In this document: piece by piece, positions 21,819 to 30,997 of the stretch | Numbering within the stretch: the first letter of the stretch is position 1 | Layout: every line of letters begins with the position of its first letter | Assembly (NCBI GenBank): GCA_963796965.1 | Contig: CAWCNS010000006.1 | Location: 320,001-384,000, forward strand | DNA: 64,000 bases | Direction: 5' to 3' | From: Calditrichia bacterium | Lineage (GTDB): Bacteria; Calditrichota; Calditrichia; JAJRVZ01 | Notes under the pieces: generated by a model | Database searches by the model: none | Seen by the model: the letters and a program-made list of their open reading frames with translations, nothing else | Told to the model about the DNA's origin: nothing | Program-made: the position numbers and the translations under genes

Positions 21819-22457
21819 TTAATTTGTTAGGGCATGCGCAATAAGTTCAAAGTTATAATCAATTACCTCTTCAGCTGTGAGGGAGAAATTTGGCAACAAA
21901 ACTATTTTTTCTCTTAATGTTGAAATTTGTATAACCCCTGTCGTTTGACCCCATAAATTCAGCGCAGTTTTTAAGGGATCCAAATCTGATCGTATGGATC
22001 CGTCTTTCATCCCAATCTCCAGAGATTTTATTAGCAATTCCAGGGTCGTTTTACCCTCCATCAGACATTCGGTTGCCACTGAGTCCTGATCTTTGAAGTC
22101 TATTTCTCTTGATTCATAATAAATAAGGGCATTAAAATAATCTGGGTAGGTTTTATAAAATTCTACATAGGCACGGCCAATTGCTTTAGTTTTTTCAAGC
22201 CCGGTTTTATTTTGATCAAAAGCTTTTTCAAACATGGCACGTAATATTTTATTTCCGCGCAAATGAATAGCCAGATACAAGTCTTCTTTATTCTTAAAAT
22301 ATAAATACAAGGTACCTTTACTTAACTCCGCCTCCGTTGCCACATCATCCATGGTGGCATTTTCATGTCCCTTAGTAAAGAAAATGCGTTCAGCTGCATT
22401 AATTATATCCTTTTTTCGCTGCTCTTTTTCCCTCTCTTTTCGTTCTGCAATCCCCAC
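21819..22457 (-). CDS. TetR/AcrR family transcriptional regulator
   Basis: HTH ATMDDVATEAELSKGTLYLYFKNKEDL. GTG at 22457 is better spaced from the AGGA RBS than the GTG at 22463. Confidence 0.92.
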   Translation of the reverse strand: MGIAERKEREKEQRKKDIINAAERIFFTKGHENATMDDVATEAELSKGTLYLYFKNKEDLYLAIHLRGNKILRAMFEKAFDQNKTGLEKTKAIGRAYVEFYKTYPDYFNALIYYESREIDFKDQDSVATECLMEGKTTLELLIKSLEIGMKDGSIRSDLDPLKTALNLWGQTTGVIQISTLREKIVLLPNFSLTAEEVIDYNFELIAHALTN

Positions 22458-22501
22458 AAACACATCCTTTTCTATAAGTATATTTAATCAATGAATAATT
22501 T

Positions 22502-22516
22502 ATGACCCACGGTCAT
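22502..22516. promoter_or_regulatory. Putative TetR autoregulatory operator
   Basis: Palindrome ATGACC-CAC-GGTCAT about 45 bp upstream of the tetR start. Confidence 0.65.
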
Positions 22517-22807
22517 TGTTTTGGCTACAATATAATATCTGGCATTTATAAAAGCAACTTTAATAAGAAATCTGGATCCAGGAAACTTTATGAAGATTTC
22601 GCAAAAAGCTCAAAGTTTCTCTAAAACAAATAGGTAGGTGTTTTCAAATTAAACTATTTTACTACGTCTCGACAGAATTATAGAATCTATATAAATATTT
22701 ACTTATGATAAATTTCGTGTTCATCGTGTTTCCTTTGCGCTTCTTCGTGAGACTCTTTTAGTATTACAAAGTGTCGCAAAAACTCAAAAAGTATGAAGCA
22801 TCCAGTA

Positions 22808-24523
22808 TTATCTCTCAAAATACTTTTGTATTTCTTCTCTCGTATAGGAGTTTAAAACATCTTCCTTCCGGAACCATCCCTTTTGCGCAATTCCAATACC
22901 ATATCGATAATCCTTTAATCCTTCAATAGAGTGAGCGTCAGGATTGAGAGCCGTTTTAATCCCTTTCTTTTGCGCTAATTTTCCCCACCGCCAATCAAGA
23001 TCTAAACGGTAAGGACTTGAGTTGATTTCAATTGCTCTTCCTTCTTCCCCGGCTACTTTTATTATTTCCTCCATATCCAGGGCATACCCCTCTCTGGCTA
23101 GCAACAATCTTCCTGTAGGATGACCAAGCATCGTAACATATGGATTTCTTATTGCACGACAAATACGCCGGGTTTGTGCTTCTACAGACAGTTTAAAATT
23201 ACTATGAACAGAAGCAATCACAAAATCGAAGCTGGCCAGAACATCATCTGTGTAGTCAAGGCTGCCATCTTGTAAAATGTCTACTTCAATACCTTTAAAA
23301 ATAAAAATGTCTGTATCTTTTTCGTTTAGTAAATCAATTTCTCTATGCTGCTTCACAACCCGTTCTTCCGTTAATCCGTTAGCATAAAAAGCCGATTTGC
23401 TATGATCACAAATTCCTACATAGGAAAGTTTCATTTCTTTGCAGGCCTTAACAATCTGATCAATTGAATTCGCACCATCACTAAACGTACTATGAATGTG
23501 AAATAAACCATGTAAAGGATCTCCATTATACAGATCCGGCAACTTTTTTTCCCTTGCGGCTTCAATTTCCCCCAGGTTCTCACGGAGTTCAGGTGGAATA
23601 TACATTAATCCTAAGTTTTCATAAATTTCATTTTCGTTTTGACAGTTTTGTGGTTCATCATCCTTGAACAAACCATATTCATTAAGCTTTAGACCGGCAT
23701 TTTTTGCTAAGCTGCGTAAATGTGTATTATGTTCTTTGCTGCCAGTATTATATTGCAATAAAAATGGAAATTCATCACGCGCTACCAATCGGATTTCAGC
23801 CGTGAGGCCGGACTCTAAAATAATCGCAGATTTTGTATTTCCCTGGCTTACAATTTTAATGGCGTCATCATATTTAACAAAATATTCCATAATGCTACCA
23901 CGGTCCTTCTCATCACAACTGCCTATAATATCTATATCTTTTACCGTTTCCATTTTCCTGCGCAAACTACCGGCAATTTGCAACTCTTGTAATCCCTGAT
24001 TTTCTTTTAAATAAATCAACAATGATTCAGCAGTCGCTTCCGCCAAAGGATACAAGAATCTTTCACTATATTTTTTTTGCATCTTTATATTATCAAGAAT
24101 CTTATCCTGGCTTTTTTGACCAAAGCCAGGTAAATCGCGCAATCGGTTTTCCCGACAGGCGTATTCCAATTCGCCAATAGAAGTAATACCCAGTTCATCA
24201 TAAACTGCTTTCACTTTCTTAGCGCCCATACCAGGAATTTTCAGAATTTTAAGCAAACCTTCCGGGATCGATGATTTTAGCTCCTCATAGTATGGCAGAG
24301 ATCCGTTTCTCACCAATGTGCTGATTTTATCTGAGAGAGCCTGCCCAATGCCCTTTATTTTTGATATTTCGCCGCTTTCTACCAGGGCTTCCAAATCATC
24401 CTCAAGAGTTTCAATGATACGGGCGCCGGATATATAGGCGCGCGATTTAAAAGGATTCTCACCCTTTAACTCAAGAATTACCCCTATTTCCTGCAAAACT
24501 TTAGCTACTTCTTTTTTATTCAT
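22808..24523 (-). CDS. polX: DNA polymerase X family protein with C-terminal PHP domain
   Basis: GENPFKSRAY, HhH motifs, AGSLRR..KDID, TGSKEHN, LNEYGL, IPPELRE; PHP motifs HIHSTFSDG, DHS, HPTGR, NPDAH. Confidence 0.92.
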   Translation of the reverse strand: MNKKEVAKVLQEIGVILELKGENPFKSRAYISGARIIETLEDDLEALVESGEISKIKGIGQALSDKISTLVRNGSLPYYEELKSSIPEGLLKILKIPGMGAKKVKAVYDELGITSIGELEYACRENRLRDLPGFGQKSQDKILDNIKMQKKYSERFLYPLAEATAESLLIYLKENQGLQELQIAGSLRRKMETVKDIDIIGSCDEKDRGSIMEYFVKYDDAIKIVSQGNTKSAIILESGLTAEIRLVARDEFPFLLQYNTGSKEHNTHLRSLAKNAGLKLNEYGLFKDDEPQNCQNENEIYENLGLMYIPPELRENLGEIEAAREKKLPDLYNGDPLHGLFHIHSTFSDGANSIDQIVKACKEMKLSYVGICDHSKSAFYANGLTEERVVKQHREIDLLNEKDTDIFIFKGIEVDILQDGSLDYTDDVLASFDFVIASVHSNFKLSVEAQTRRICRAIRNPYVTMLGHPTGRLLLAREGYALDMEEIIKVAGEEGRAIEINSSPYRLDLDWRWGKLAQKKGIKTALNPDAHSIEGLKDYRYGIGIAQKGWFRKEDVLNSYTREEIQKYFER

Positions 24524-24744
24524 CCGCTTACCTAATTTTGATGGTTAATTATTTTAAAAATGTAATTTATATTATTCTAAATTTCACTTTTTAATCGTAT
24601 ATTTTTAACCTTATTTTAAAAATAATAGTTGACAAATTATAAATATTCTATAAAAGCTTAGAGCCTAAAGATGAAGTTTGGTGGTTAGAGGCTTGAACTT
24701 TACTCTCTGGCTTAGATATTATTACAGTATTGAAAGGAGTCTTT

Positions 24745-26278
24745 ATGGATTTTTTAAAACATTTGGGTATTGAAGAAAAAAATTTTGGATCCTGCACCGG
24801 TTTAAAATGGAATAAAACAACTGATCAGGGCGAACTAAAAATTCATTCTCCAGCTACCGGAGAATATATTGCCTCTGTTTATTTATCTTCCGAGGCTGAT
24901 TATGAAAATATTATTCTCACTGCTGAAAAGGCCTTTGAATATTGGCGACAAGTTCCGGCTCCAAAGACGAGGTGAAATTGTACGGCAGATTGGATTAAAA
25001 TTACGTGAATATAAAGAACCATTAGGTACATTAGTATCATTTGAAATGGGTAAATCTTTGCAGGAGGGATTGGGTGAAGTACAGGAGATGATTGATATTT
25101 GTGATTTTTCGGTTGGCCTCTCCCGGCAATTATATGGATTCACCATGCAATCCGAACGTCCAAATCATCGTATGTATGATCAGTATCATCCGCTGGGAAT
25201 TGTGACCACAATTTCAGCCTTTAATTTTCCAGTCGCCGTTTGGTCCTGGAATGCAATGATTGCAGCCGTTTGTGGTGATGTAAATCTCTGGAAACCAGCC
25301 TCAAAAGTACCCTTAACAGCTGTTGCTGTTCAAAATATATTAAAGGATGTTCTAACAGAAAATGATATTCCTGAAGGTATATTTTCACTCATCGTTGGCT
25401 CCGGTCGTACAATCGGCGAAAAAATGCTAAATGATAAGCGTATTCCACTAATTTCTCTGACTGGCTCTACGGAAGTTGGCCGTCATGCCGGGCAGGTAAT
25501 TGCGAAACGATTGGGAAAATATATTCTTGAACTTGGTGGTAATAATGCTATTATCATGACCCCCAACACCAATTTAAAAATGGCCTTGCCGGCTGTAGTT
25601 TTTGGCGCGGTTGGAACAGCCGGACAACGCTGTACATCAACCCGGCGTTTGATTATTCATGAATCCATTTATGACAAAGTCAAAGAGCTTGTACTAAATG
25701 CATATAAAAGCCTGAAAATCGGCAATCCGCTTGATGCCACAAAATCATATGGGACCATTGATTGATAAATCTGCAGTGGAAACCATGATGGCTGCTCTCG
25801 AGAAACTTAAAGAGGAGGGTGGCAAAATTCTTTATGGCGGTCAAAAACTTGAAGGTAGTGGTTATGCCTCCGGATGCTATGTTACACCGGCTTTGGCAGA
25901 GGCTGAAAATCATTATGAAATCGTTCAGGAAGAAACTTTTGCCCCAATTTTATATTTGATTAAATATAAAGGTGATGTAAAGGATGCGATCAAATTCATA
26001 ATGGGGTCGTTCAGGGATTATCCTCTTCAATATTTACAAGTAATATGCACGAAGCAGAAGAATTTCTTTCTGCCCGCGGCTCGGATTGTGGGATTGCCAA
26101 TGTAAATATCGGTACCTCTGGTGCTGAAATCGGGGGTGCTTTTGGTGGTGAAAAAGAAACCGGTGGTGGTCGTGAATCAGGATCAGATGCATGGAAAGCC
26201 TATATGCGCCGACAAACAAATACTATAAACTTTGGACATGATCTACCATTGGCCCAGGGAATAAAATTCGACATATAG
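24745..26278 (+). CDS. Aldehyde dehydrogenase, ALDH7/antiquitin (aminoadipate-semialdehyde dehydrogenase-like); three frameshifts (~24965, ~25740, ~25998)
   Basis: [56 protein letters not shown] and [18 protein letters not shown] are spread across four ORF fragments. Confidence 0.88.
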
Positions 26279-26290
26279 AGCTCTATAAAA

Positions 26291-26400
26291 TTTTGCCACA
26301 GACTGACACTGACTTTAGTAAAAAGGCTTAATCTGATCCATTATATTTTCAGGAAAGTTATAACAAGTTTACAAAAGCCTGTGAAAGGTTGTGGTTAAAA
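26291..26400. repeat. Degenerate intergenic inverted-repeat element (TTTTGCCACAG...TGTGGTTAAAA)
   Basis: Termini resemble the elements at 828-899 and 15862-15930. Confidence 0.45.
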
Positions 26401-26498
26401 TTAAATTCACAATTCTCTTCATATGGATTAGAAAGATTTTCAGGGTCGCAAAGACCTTATCCATTTCGAAGAGGAGGGAAAAGAGACAGACTTCAGAC

Positions 26499-28532
26499 AT
26501 GAATCCTTCAAAGCAAAAAGCATCCATCCTTCAACAGTATCGAAATCTCATTCTGATTTTTATCTCCTTGGCTTCATTAATGATTGCCAGTGCCTTATTT
26601 GAGCTTTTCCAGAGCAAAAAAGAATTATTCAAACTTATGGAGGAGCAATCTCACTCACTTCTTGAATCATTGATGATCGCCTCCAAAAACACCTTGATGA
26701 CCAATGAATATCTGGAAGAAATCTCTGAAATGCGCTTGCTTAATAATGGCAACCTTATAAAGAAACTTTACGATATAGGAGAAATAAGCAATCACATTCT
26801 GAAAGATATTAGCAAAGAAAATGATATTTTCAGAATAAATATTTTTAATAGAAATGGTCAAAAAATCTTTTCCAGTCACACACAAACACATTTTGATTTA
26901 CCGCCTAAATACGACCCCCGGGATTATTTATATCCAATTTTTTCCGGAGAGGCGGACACCCTGGTTATAGGAATTAAACCGGCCCGTTTTGAGGATGGAT
27001 ACCGTTATGCTGTGGCACTTTCGACAAAAGACAATGGTGCTATCGTTTTAAATATTGACGCAGAACAAATTCTCCGATTTAAAAATAGCATCGGGTTTGG
27101 CGCTCTTCTTCGAAGTGTCGCTGCTGATAATCAGGGAATTATTTATGCTGCTTTGCAGGATACTTCTAATATTTTGGCTGCCTCTGGTAATGTCCATGTT
27201 CTTGAAGGTATCTCTCAGTCACTCTTCTTAAAATCATCGCTAGACGATTCTCTTTTTCTCACCAGAACAATAGAATTTGATTCCATTGAGGTCTTTGAAG
27301 CAGTCCATCCCTTTTCTTCAGCCCACGAAGTAATCGGATTATTGCGTATTGGAATTTCAATGGAACCAATTCAGGATATTAACAATAGAATTTACAGACG
27401 CTTGATAATTATCACGATAATTCTGATTATCATTGGCTCGATAATGATAACGTTTATATTTACCCGCCAGCGCTATAATTTGCTCCAAAAGCAATATGAA
27501 ATTGTTGAAACCTATTCAGGAAATATAATTGATAATGTAAGCGACGCAATCATAGTTTTTGATCAGGAAGAAGGTATTAAGGTTTTTAATGTTGCGGCTG
27601 AAAATGTTTTCCAGATTCAAAGAGAAAAGGCAATAAAAGCAATTCCTGGTGAAATTTTTGGAGAAACAGATTGTAAAAAGATATTAGACTCGCCGTCCCA
27701 GCTCCAACAGGTTAACTGTCTTATCGCAGGTTCTTTTAAGTATTTGCTTATATCAAAAAGTCAGTTTTTTGACCGGGATGACAATAAAAATGTTATTTGG
27801 GTCATCAAGGACCTTACGGAACAGAAAAAAATTGAAGAACAGATGGAACGCAAACAACGCCTAACTGCTATGGGCGAGTTGGCTTCCGGCGTTGCCCATG
27901 AAATCAGGAATCCCTTAAACTCCATTGGAACAATTATCCAGCAATTAAATAAGGATTTTGAACCTGAAAGTAATAAAGATGAATATCATCAATTGGCTGA
28001 ATTGGTTTCTTCCGAGGTCAAAAGAATAAATGACACGGTACAGGATTTTCTGCGTTTTGCCCGTCCTGAACCCATTCAGCCCAACGAGTTCCAGGTAAAG
28101 AACCTGTTTGATCAATTAGTCAAGCAATATAAATATGTTACATCTGAAAAAATGATTGACTTATTAATAAAATTGGATTGGCAGGGGCTTGTATTTTGGG
28201 ATGAACGCCAGATTAAACAGGTCTTAATAAATATTATTCAGAATGCTATTGAAGCGATTGACAGAGATGGAAAAATTTATCTTACCCTCAAATCGATTCA
28301 TGGGGAAATGCTTGAAATACGTATATCAGATGATGGACCAGGCATGCCTGATGATATTCGTTCCAATATATTCAACTTATATTTTACCACTAAAGCCAGG
28401 GGAACAGGTATAGGGCTGAGCATCGTACAAAGGATCATTTATGAGCATGGTGGTGTTATTGCTGTAGAGAGCAACGTTGGCCAGGGAACCTCATTTATCA
28501 TTCAAATTCCGACTAGATATCATAAAGCTTAA
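26499..28532 (+). CDS. Membrane sensor histidine kinase (periplasmic domain, PAS, HisKA, HATPase), NtrB/ZraS type
   Basis: Two TM helices flank a large periplasmic domain; H-box MGELASGVAHEIRNPL; N-box NAIEA; DDGPG and GTGIGL. Confidence 0.92.
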   Translation: MNPSKQKASILQQYRNLILIFISLASLMIASALFELFQSKKELFKLMEEQSHSLLESLMIASKNTLMTNEYLEEISEMRLLNNGNLIKKLYDIGEISNHILKDISKENDIFRINIFNRNGQKIFSSHTQTHFDLPPKYDPRDYLYPIFSGEADTLVIGIKPARFEDGYRYAVALSTKDNGAIVLNIDAEQILRFKNSIGFGALLRSVAADNQGIIYAALQDTSNILAASGNVHVLEGISQSLFLKSSLDDSLFLTRTIEFDSIEVFEAVHPFSSAHEVIGLLRIGISMEPIQDINNRIYRRLIIITIILIIIGSIMITFIFTRQRYNLLQKQYEIVETYSGNIIDNVSDAIIVFDQEEGIKVFNVAAENVFQIQREKAIKAIPGEIFGETDCKKILDSPSQLQQVNCLIAGSFKYLLISKSQFFDRDDNKNVIWVIKDLTEQKKIEEQMERKQRLTAMGELASGVAHEIRNPLNSIGTIIQQLNKDFEPESNKDEYHQLAELVSSEVKRINDTVQDFLRFARPEPIQPNEFQVKNLFDQLVKQYKYVTSEKMIDLLIKLDWQGLVFWDERQIKQVLINIIQNAIEAIDRDGKIYLTLKSIHGEMLEIRISDDGPGMPDDIRSNIFNLYFTTKARGTGIGLSIVQRIIYEHGGVIAVESNVGQGTSFIIQIPTRYHKA

Positions 28533-28659
28533 AATATATGCAGGAAAGATTTTACTAGATTTAAATAAAATTATATCGCCCCATGGGTAGAGATTTTCGT
28601 CCTTTTCGTCGTATCCTCTATATTAGCCCCTCAAAGTTGACTTCTTTTATCTTCTTCAT

Positions 28660-28705
28660 AATCAATGTGTTACGATGTATTAAAATTTTTGGCACGAGGT
28701 TTGAT
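28660..28705 (+). promoter_or_regulatory. Putative sigma54 promoter with upstream IHF site
   Basis: TTGGCACGAGGTTTGAT (28689-28705) has -24 GG and -12 G spaced 12 bp apart, with GA in place of GC. AATCAATGTGTTA (28660-28672) matches WATCAANNNNTTR exactly. Confidence 0.7.
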
Positions 28706-28752
28706 GTATTCCTTCATGAATTTATAACTAACACCAATCGAAGGAGGACAAC

Positions 28753-29394
28753 ATGAAACATCTTATTTCTTTTGTAGTAATTTTCGTTTTTTTACTAAGC
28801 ACTGTCGTTGTTTTTGCACAAGACTCCAATGAAGATCAGGAGAAAGTACAAAATCAGTATAAGTATCAGACAAAGACTAAAGAACAGAGCAAAGAGAAAA
28901 ATGAAGGCGAAGACAAAGAGCAGAACAAGGTTATGGTTCAGACAAAAACCCAGACCAAAACAAAATCACAATCTAAAGTGCAGCATGGTACAGGATTTGT
29001 AGATGAGAATGGGGACGGTTATAATGACAATGCACCTGATCACGATGGCGACGGTATTCCTAATGGAGCAGATCCTGATTATGACGGCCCCAAGGAGCGC
29101 AAAGGTAACGCACGTGGATTTGTAGATGCTGATGGTGATGGCTTGAATGACAATGCCCGCGATGCTGATGGCGATGGTATTCCAAATGGCCAGGACGAAG
29201 ATTTTGTGCCACCAAAAGATGGTACAGGCGCCGGACATGGCTATATGTATAAGAATGGAGAGGTTAAGGGCAAGAATATGCATAAGCAAGGCAAAGGTTC
29301 CGGAACTGGTCCCTGTGATGGTGAAGGATTGGGCACTGGTGAAGGTGGTGAGATGGGTCAGAAGGGCCAGAAAAATGGCGGTGGAAAAAAATAG
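28753..29394 (+). CDS. Secreted low-complexity protein with Asp-rich DxDGDG (putative Ca2+/metal-binding) repeats
   Basis: Strong RBS AAGGAGG; signal peptide; Q/K/E-rich segment; two repeats GFVD.xGDG.NDNA.D.DGDGIPNG.D; Gly-rich tail. Confidence 0.8.
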   Translation: MKHLISFVVIFVFLLSTVVVFAQDSNEDQEKVQNQYKYQTKTKEQSKEKNEGEDKEQNKVMVQTKTQTKTKSQSKVQHGTGFVDENGDGYNDNAPDHDGDGIPNGADPDYDGPKERKGNARGFVDADGDGLNDNARDADGDGIPNGQDEDFVPPKDGTGAGHGYMYKNGEVKGKNMHKQGKGSGTGPCDGEGLGTGEGGEMGQKGQKNGGGKK

Positions 29395-29425
29395 ATCCCC
29401 CTCATCACAACTTAAAAATTTTCTT

Positions 29426-29454
29426 AAAAGCCGGGTCACTGACCCGGCTTTTTT
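29426..29454 (+). terminator. Rho-independent terminator
   Basis: aaaagccgggtca-c-tgacccggctttttt just after the stop at 29394. Confidence 0.85.
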
Positions 29455-29608
29455 GATTGCTCTTCAAAATGAATTTACCTATGAATCTGCCATCATAAGT
29501 CTTTACTACAAAAAAATACCAATCCCATTTTTTAAGCCTAAGATCAAAGACTACACAATAACTATCAAAATTGTTTTGATTTCTTGAAAATATTATATAG
29601 ATTTTCAC

Positions 29609-29640
29609 CGAGGCGGGCGACCGATCGGTCGCCCGCCTCG
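29609..29640. repeat. Perfect 32-bp GC-rich palindrome (REP-like)
   Basis: CGAGGCGGGCGACCGA|TCGGTCGCCCGCCTCG is its own reverse complement with no spacer. Confidence 0.85.
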
Positions 29641-29726
29641 TCCGTCGGGTCGAATTCGGGGTTTTGGGGGTGTTTTGTTTTTTTTCTATCCGTATATTTT
29701 ACAGTAGTTTACAGTTTTAATTTACT

Positions 29727-29743
29727 TTGGCATTGTTTTTGTA
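29727..29743 (+). promoter_or_regulatory. Putative sigma54 promoter upstream of the beta-barrel gene
   Basis: TTGGCATTGTTTTTGTA has correct -24 GG / -12 G spacing, with GT in place of GC. Confidence 0.55.
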
Positions 29744-29775
29744 ATATATAAATTATGTTGAATATGAAAATAAAT

Positions 29776-30942
29776 ATGATGCGATATAAAGTCGTTTTAC
29801 TTTTTGTGTTGTTAAACACACAAGTTGTTTTTCCGCAATTTTCAAAGAACATTGAGATTTCTTCTTACTTCGACGATAATCTTTACCGATCGCCTTATCC
29901 GATATCAGATCTGTTTACCAATCTCAATTTGGATTTGAATTTTCGTCCTGTCAATTCCCAATTAAATTTTTCTTACAACGGAAGTTTTTTTCTTTACCAG
30001 GAAGCAAAGGAGCGTAATTTTTCTATTCATGAAGTCGGTATATCTTTTTCGAACTTTTTTGGTTCTGAGGAGGAACATACTTATTACTTTGGTTTGGATG
30101 GTTCATTGCGTCATGATAATGAAGCATACAATTATTACGATTATCGCCAAACATACATCTACGCTAATGTAAGATTTGACTTGAACTATTTGTTCTTAAA
30201 AGCAGGTTACAATTTTCGTTATCGCGACTATGTCAATCTTTCTTATTTAACAAACCAGAGACATTATGGTTATATTCAAATGAACAAGCCCTTTGAAACC
30301 GGCACGACAATAATTCTGGAATCTGATTTAGGACAGAAGTCCTTTGCCGGACAGGAACTATATACAATAACAGAATCCGGAGAGCAGGGGCAGGGACAAG
30401 GGGGTATGAATAATTTATCAAACACAACATCAATTACTTCCTATATACCGAGTCTAAGTCATATAATTTTGCTTGCCAGGCTTGCGCAATCATTGCATGA
30501 TAATTTGGGCATCTATCTACAAATTAGAAAGCAGATTAACCTGGGGGATCAAGTCGGTCTTAGCAATTCTGAAGGATATTACCAGGACGAAGAATTATAT
30601 GATGATCCCTTTAGTTATGAAAGCACAGGATTCTCTTCTCAACTCACCTGGATGTTACCATGGGCAATGCGTTTACAACTTGGCGGGACATTAATTTCCA
30701 AAGACTATATTAGTGAGCAGGCTTACACATCCTCCGAAGATTCCTTAGGTTTGGGTGGATTGCGTGTTGATGATCAAAATTACTATTTTTTAAATTTTAG
30801 CAAAAGTTTTTATCTGAATAAGAGCTGGCTAAATATTCTTAAGATAAACGTGTATTATAATTATATTGAAAACAACTCGAACAGTTTTTGGTACAACTAT
30901 AAAAATCAGGTGTGGGGCGGAGGTATTCAGTGGAGCTTTTAG
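29776..30942 (+). CDS. Putative outer-membrane beta-barrel protein
   Basis: Signal-peptide-like N-terminus; alternating Tyr/Phe-rich beta-strand pattern; C-terminal BAM-type signal GGGIQWSF. The ORF is open from 29755. Confidence 0.7.
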   Translation: MMRYKVVLLFVLLNTQVVFPQFSKNIEISSYFDDNLYRSPYPISDLFTNLNLDLNFRPVNSQLNFSYNGSFFLYQEAKERNFSIHEVGISFSNFFGSEEEHTYYFGLDGSLRHDNEAYNYYDYRQTYIYANVRFDLNYLFLKAGYNFRYRDYVNLSYLTNQRHYGYIQMNKPFETGTTIILESDLGQKSFAGQELYTITESGEQGQGQGGMNNLSNTTSITSYIPSLSHIILLARLAQSLHDNLGIYLQIRKQINLGDQVGLSNSEGYYQDEELYDDPFSYESTGFSSQLTWMLPWAMRLQLGGTLISKDYISEQAYTSSEDSLGLGGLRVDDQNYYFLNFSKSFYLNKSWLNILKINVYYNYIENNSNSFWYNYKNQVWGGGIQWSF

Positions 30943-30997
30943 CTATTTACTCTCCAGCTGATTTCAAGACACCCTTTAAAGCATAGAGGAATCTTAT

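Noticed and set aside
24960..24980. In-frame TGA in the ALDH N-terminal fragment as possible selenocysteine or readthrough
   Set aside because: The conserved sequence (RGEIVRQ) continues in a different frame, so this is an indel, not stop-codon recoding.
28808..29608. Alternative-frame and antisense ORFs (28808..29002, 28966..29439, 29147..29587, 29405..29608)
   Set aside because: Shadows of the repetitive 28753..29394 gene and its terminator; no RBS or recognisable motifs.
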